Notes under the pieces: generated by a model | What the model saw: only the letters and a program-made list of their open reading frames with translations | Database searches by the model: none | Told to the model about the DNA's origin: nothing | Program-made: the position numbers and the translations under genes | NCBI RefSeq assembly: GCF_023169545.1 | Contig: NZ_AP019769.1 | Span: 330,001-362,000, forward strand | Source: Nanobdella aerobiophila | GTDB lineage: Archaea > Nanobdellota > Nanobdellia > Nanobdellales > Nanobdellaceae | Direction of reading: 5' to 3' | DNA length: 32,000 nt | Shown: in pieces, positions 28,514 to 32,000 of the stretch | Position numbering within the stretch: position 1 is the stretch's first letter | Layout of the letters: the number at the start of each line of letters is the position of its first letter

Positions 28514-28999
28514 TCATTGTAGTGTATATGAACTAGACATTTCATTTCCATAATATAATAAAGATACTTGACCACCTGCAAGATCTCCAGACAACGAAGA
28601 ATTCACATAAATCACAAATATTGTATTTGATGATATGGAACTACCTAAATATGAAATAGATGTATTTGAAGGATTAACAATATTAGATACATAACAAGTT
28701 AAAGCAGAACCTGCTGCGGAATTTTGTACAACTGGACATTTATATATATTTCCTGTAGCAGTTTGTACTTCTACTTCTATATCATTTGCTAATATAGCAT
28801 TCGAACCTATATTTTCAGCTGTAATATTTATTGCTCCTCCTCCTTCCTGAGCAACAAGTATTTCAGATTGTGCACCTAAATTTGATATTTGACCTCTTAC
28901 ATACCCTTTTGCCCAGCCAACTATGACTGCACCCAAGGCAACAGTTAATGCGATTAATATTATAGTTGCTATCAGTGGTGATACTGCTTTTATTTTCAT
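28514..28999 (-). CDS. Type IV pilin-like / archaellin-like secreted subunit with class III signal peptide
   Basis: MKIKAVSPLIATIILIALTVALGAVIVGWAKGY is the archaeal pilin/archaellin N-terminus (KIKA-VSPL cleavage region). Small-residue-rich tail with two Cys. Confidence 0.85.
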   Translation of the reverse strand: MKIKAVSPLIATIILIALTVALGAVIVGWAKGYVRGQISNLGAQSEILVAQEGGGAINITAENIGSNAILANDIEVEVQTATGNIYKCPVVQNSAAGSALTCYVSNIVNPSNTSISYLGSSISSNTIFVIYVNSSLSGDLAGGQVSLLYYGNEMSSSYTLQ

Positions 29000-29000
29000 A

Positions 29001-29030
29001 TGATATAAAAATACTTATTAATATAAAAGT
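29001..29030 (-). promoter_or_regulatory. Probable promoter of the pilin-like gene (TATA-like element)
   Basis: Minus-strand AAAAACTTTTATATTAATAAGTATTTTTATATCATG places a TATA-like TTTATATT roughly 25-30 nt before the ATG, compatible with a leaderless transcript. Confidence 0.35.
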
Positions 29031-29032
29031 TT

Positions 29033-29305
29033 TTACACGGTCTTTCTTATATTCAACTTTAGTCTATCCCAAGGTTTATAATTTATTATCTTACCTTCTA
29101 AAAAAATTTGATAGTTATTATAATAAAAAATAAATGAAGATATATCTTTTGGGATAATCTTTATACCACTTTCAGTTTCTATATAGAATACATTTTTAGT
29201 TTCATCTATTATTTTACCATATAATCCTTTTAAAGATTTGATTTTACTATCATAAACTTCTATATACATGCCTATAAATTCTCTATTAATAAAATCTTTA
29301 TTCAA
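29033..29305 (-). CDS. rnp1: RNase P protein component 1 (Rpp29/Pop4 homologue)
   Basis: REFIGMYIEVYDSKIKSLKGLYGKIIDETKNVFYIETESGIKIIPKDISSFIFYYNNYQIFLEGKIINYKPWDRLK. Confidence 0.9.
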   Translation of the reverse strand: MNKDFINREFIGMYIEVYDSKIKSLKGLYGKIIDETKNVFYIETESGIKIIPKDISSFIFYYNNYQIFLEGKIINYKPWDRLKLNIRKTV

Positions 29306-29612
29306 TTTCCGTAGATACCTCTATATTATCTTCCTTGTATCCAAGATCTATTAATAATTTTTTTATTTTTTCTCTATGATCTCCTTGTAATTCTATTATA
29401 TTATCTTTATATGTTCCTCCACAACCCAATTTCTGCTTTAAATTCTTTAATGTATCCTTTGCAATTAATGGATCTATACCCTCCAAAATAGTCACTAGTT
29501 TTCCATAACTTCTCTTCTCGGCCCTTATAATCACCTTTTGAAACTCTTTCTCTAGTTCCTTTGTTGTATTATCTAAATCTGTTGGTAAACCAGAAAATAG
29601 TTTCTTTTTCAT
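29298..29612 (-). CDS. Translation initiation factor 1 (eIF1/SUI1 family)
   Basis: LVTILEGIDPLIAKDTLKNLKQKLGCGGTYKDNIIELQGDHREKIKKLLIDLGYKEDNIE. Overlaps rnp1 by 8 nt. Confidence 0.95.
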   Translation of the reverse strand: MKKKLFSGLPTDLDNTTKELEKEFQKVIIRAEKRSYGKLVTILEGIDPLIAKDTLKNLKQKLGCGGTYKDNIIELQGDHREKIKKLLIDLGYKEDNIEVSTEIE

Positions 29613-29743
29613 TTCATAGAGGCTATTTCTTTTGCCATTTTCTTTCTAAGCTCCCTTATTACTTTTACATTTTTACTTAGATTATTCTTTCTAGCCATAC
29701 TCCTATTCTTTATCAACTCTAATACATCTTCAACCTTTTCCAT
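29609..29743 (-). CDS. rpl29: Short ribosomal protein uL29-like ORF (44 aa), not in the supplied ORF track
   Basis: Manual translation: MEKVEDVLELIKNRSMARKNNLSKNVKVIRELRKKMAKEIASMK*. Core NLSKNVKVIRELRKKMAKEIA aligns with the uL29 pattern. Located directly upstream of eIF1 and rnp1 (classic archaeal gene order) with an ATGA stop/start overlap. Confidence 0.75.
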   Translation of the reverse strand: MEKVEDVLELIKNRSMARKNNLSKNVKVIRELRKKMAKEIASMK

Positions 29744-29757
29744 TATTAATAATCTTT

Positions 29758-30999
29758 TTAGTCTAAAATATTTAAATCTTTGTATTCTATACTTTCAGGT
29801 CTCCAATATGGATTTATACTATCGACATCTTTTATACCTCTTTTATGCCATAATATTCCAGTCCATGCAATCATTGCACCATTATCATTTCCAAAATCCA
29901 ACGGAACAGAACCAAAGTTTATATTCCTCTCAATACACATATTTTTTAATATTTCCTGTAATCTCCGATTCACGGCAACCCCCCCTGCCAAACCAAATTC
30001 CCTTTTATTCAATAATGATAATCCTCTTTCAGATATTTCAGCTAGCATAGAAAAAACATATTCCTGTATAGAATATGATAAATCCTCTATTTTATACTTT
30101 TTTATATTATTTTTTATATATGTATATAACCCACCAAATTGTACATCCATACCTTTAACAATATATGGCAGATCTATCAAGTTACTACCTTTTTTCGCAT
30201 ATTCTTCTATTCTTGGGCCCGCTGGGAAACCGATATTTATTAATCTACCAACTTTATCTAAAAAATTACCAATACCAATATCTAAAGTTTCTCCTATTAT
30301 TCTATACCTATCTCCAGAAAAGGATATCAACATTGTGTTTGCACCAGAAACCAATAGTATTAATGGGTCATTAAAATTATTATATAATTTAACAATTTCC
30401 ATATGCGCTATCAGATGATTTACACCTATTTTATCTATCCCAAATCTTTTAGAAAATAAGTTAGCAGAAAAATACCCTTGTAGTAGAGTAGGATATAAAC
30501 CAGGACCAGCAGAATAGGATATTAGATTTATACTCCTATCAAATTCATTCAAATTATTTATATAATTATTAAGGAATAGTTCTATATCTTTATCATTTGA
30601 TTCTATTCTATTATCTGATATTTTTATGTATATATTATTATTTAATAATAGATATCTATACCGATTCCAAGGTTCTTCATGGAATCTCTCAGATACATAA
30701 TCAAAACTACTATTATTTATTATTTTTGTATCTTCAATCTTCCTCTTTATCTCATTTAAAGCATCTACTATAATATACTTATCTTCTATTTTTTTGATAA
30801 TAAAACCCGCATTCCATACTGATTTCTTAAATATATTTATAATTTCTTTAGAATGTAATTCAGCTGCTTCAGTAGGGTGAATACCACCTTTTTCTGGTTT
30901 AAAAATTATTCTCTCATTAGAATATATCCTACCATTTTGATCTACAATACCAATAGAATACGTATGAGCAGTAGATTCAATACCAAGGGATATTATCAT
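29758..30999 (-). CDS. kae1: Kae1/TsaD-family tRNA N6-threonylcarbamoyladenosine protein, with an internal insertion of about 90 aa
   Basis: LGIESTAHTYSIGIV, GGIHPTEAAELHS, SAGPGLYPTLLQG, NHLIAHME, LLVSGANTMLI, RYRIIGETLDIGIGNFLDKVGR, LPYIVKGMDVQFGGLYTY, LAGGVAVNRRLQEIL. Confidence 0.95.
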   Translation of the reverse strand: MIISLGIESTAHTYSIGIVDQNGRIYSNERIIFKPEKGGIHPTEAAELHSKEIINIFKKSVWNAGFIIKKIEDKYIIVDALNEIKRKIEDTKIINNSSFDYVSERFHEEPWNRYRYLLLNNNIYIKISDNRIESNDKDIELFLNNYINNLNEFDRSINLISYSAGPGLYPTLLQGYFSANLFSKRFGIDKIGVNHLIAHMEIVKLYNNFNDPLILLVSGANTMLISFSGDRYRIIGETLDIGIGNFLDKVGRLINIGFPAGPRIEEYAKKGSNLIDLPYIVKGMDVQFGGLYTYIKNNIKKYKIEDLSYSIQEYVFSMLAEISERGLSLLNKREFGLAGGVAVNRRLQEILKNMCIERNINFGSVPLDFGNDNGAMIAWTGILWHKRGIKDVDSINPYWRPESIEYKDLNILD

Positions 31000-31388
31000 T
31001 TATTCTCCGTATTATTATTTTTTAATTCCTGAAAAATCTCTTCAAAATTCTTATTACCATATTCCTTTATTACAGTATTTATTTGGACTATTTCAGGTGA
31101 TATTGTATTTCCTCTAACCAATTTTTTTACTCTTATCTTATTATAATTTTTCCAAACATATTTTTTATTCATACCAGATACATAGTCAACCATAGGAGCA
31201 CCTTCATATCCAGAACCGCCTTTAATTTCTAATTTATATCCATCTAAATCAATAATTTCACCATCTATTATATCTCCAATTTTCTTGCCAACTAATGATT
31301 CTTCTTTAACCTCTTTTTGTATACTCTTTCCACTTTTAGGATCAGATACTATTAATTTAAATATCATTTCTTTTCTCTTAGTTGCCAT
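30996..31388 (-). CDS. rps6e: Ribosomal protein eS6 (S6e)
   Basis: FKLIVSDPKSGKSIQKEV...LVGKKIGDIIDGEIIDLDGYKLEIKGGSGYEGAPMVDYVSG...RVKKLVRGNTISPEIVQINTVI. 4-nt overlap with kae1. Confidence 0.95.
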   Translation of the reverse strand: MATKRKEMIFKLIVSDPKSGKSIQKEVKEESLVGKKIGDIIDGEIIDLDGYKLEIKGGSGYEGAPMVDYVSGMNKKYVWKNYNKIRVKKLVRGNTISPEIVQINTVIKEYGNKNFEEIFQELKNNNTENK

Positions 31389-31461
31389 TCTTATTCTTTC
31401 TATAAAAATATTTTTAACTCTTTACTAAAACTTTTATTTATTTAAATAAATTAAAAAATAT

Positions 31462-31935
31462 ATGAATGAACTATTACATATAGAACAAGATAAGGACTTC
31501 CCGGACAAATTTTATGGAATAATAACCAGCATAAAAGACAATAATAATATAAATTTTTTAGATTATGAAAATAATATATATTCATATATTAATAATAAGA
31601 TGAGGTTTCCATTCTATTTTGGAATAATACCACAGACATATATAGAGGATGGCCCATTATCATTTATATTCTTCTCAGAGAATCAATATTCGATACTTAC
31701 CAAAATAAAATTAGAACCTTCATTTTTTATAAAAGTTCCGACAGGCGAGGCTGTACTAAATATAGTATTTTCTGAGGTAAATTCAAAAATAATAATAAAT
31801 AAAGATAATATAAAAAATATTTTAGAAGAATTCTTTAATGAAGAAATTTCTATAATAAATAATGCAAAAAATATATTAATAAATGCTAATAATGAATATC
31901 ATAGGAAGTATGTAAAGATTATTAAAAAATTATAG
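31462..31935 (+). CDS. Inorganic pyrophosphatase-like protein, highly divergent and probably not a canonical PPase
   Basis: RFPFYFGIIPQTYIEDGPLSFIFF resembles the yPxnYGfIPqTyxxDGDPLDvlv block, but lacks the DPLD acidic residues. Confidence 0.6.
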   Translation: MNELLHIEQDKDFPDKFYGIITSIKDNNNINFLDYENNIYSYINNKMRFPFYFGIIPQTYIEDGPLSFIFFSENQYSILTKIKLEPSFFIKVPTGEAVLNIVFSEVNSKIIINKDNIKNILEEFFNEEISIINNAKNILINANNEYHRKYVKIIKKL

Positions 31936-32000
31936 ACCCCAGGATGGATTTTCTTTTCTGAATATATTTGCAATTTCTTTCAGTATATTCTTTTGGTCCT
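31930..32000 (-). CDS. 3' end of a minus-strand gene that continues beyond the window, identity unknown
   Basis: Minus-strand open frame ...DQKNILKEIANIFRKENPSWGL* running into the window edge. Confidence 0.45.
   Translation of the reverse strand, partial: DQKNILKEIANIFRKENPSWGL

Noticed and set aside
29780-30418. Plus-strand 212-aa ORF and smaller ones at 29808 and 30165
   Set aside because: Despite its length it lies opposite the catalytic core of kae1, whose motifs are unambiguous.
1-32000. CRISPR array, transposon or phage module
   Set aside because: No regularly spaced direct repeats, no cas/transposase/integrase motifs, and no terminal inverted repeats seen by eye. A computational repeat search would be needed to exclude small elements.

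Overview
AT-rich, gene-dense archaeal chromosome segment, with Thermoproteota/Crenarchaeota-like gene content. The near-complete GC pairing of the tRNA stems suggests a thermophile. It is mostly housekeeping. From left to right I read: an ABC exporter carrying a C-terminal DUF1854 domain; a pyrimidine-dimer glycosylase flanked by decayed ORFs; a YgjP-like metalloprotease; an intron-containing tRNA-Tyr; a frame-disrupted SPOUT methyltransferase; pyruvate kinase; an M20 peptidase; a dCTP-deaminase-like gene; a stomatin; PDCD5; Topo VI A/B; a KH protein; a 2-oxoacid:ferredoxin oxidoreductase beta subunit; UppP; TFS; signal peptidase; GH1; an HDAC-like protein; tRNA-Asn; AGOG; enolase; a type IV pilin-like protein; and a rps6e-kae1-rpl29-eIF1-rnp1 cluster. 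The uL29 gene (44 aa) is absent from the supplied ORF track. I see no convincing defence system, CRISPR array, transposon or virus. The best leads are the ABC-DUF1854 fusion, a roughly 90-aa insertion in Kae1, a pyrophosphatase-like protein without the canonical acidic motif, an HDAC-like protein with an altered tandem-His motif, the multiply frame-shifted SPOUT gene, the broken secreted-protein ORF, and widespread tail-to-tail gene overlaps.
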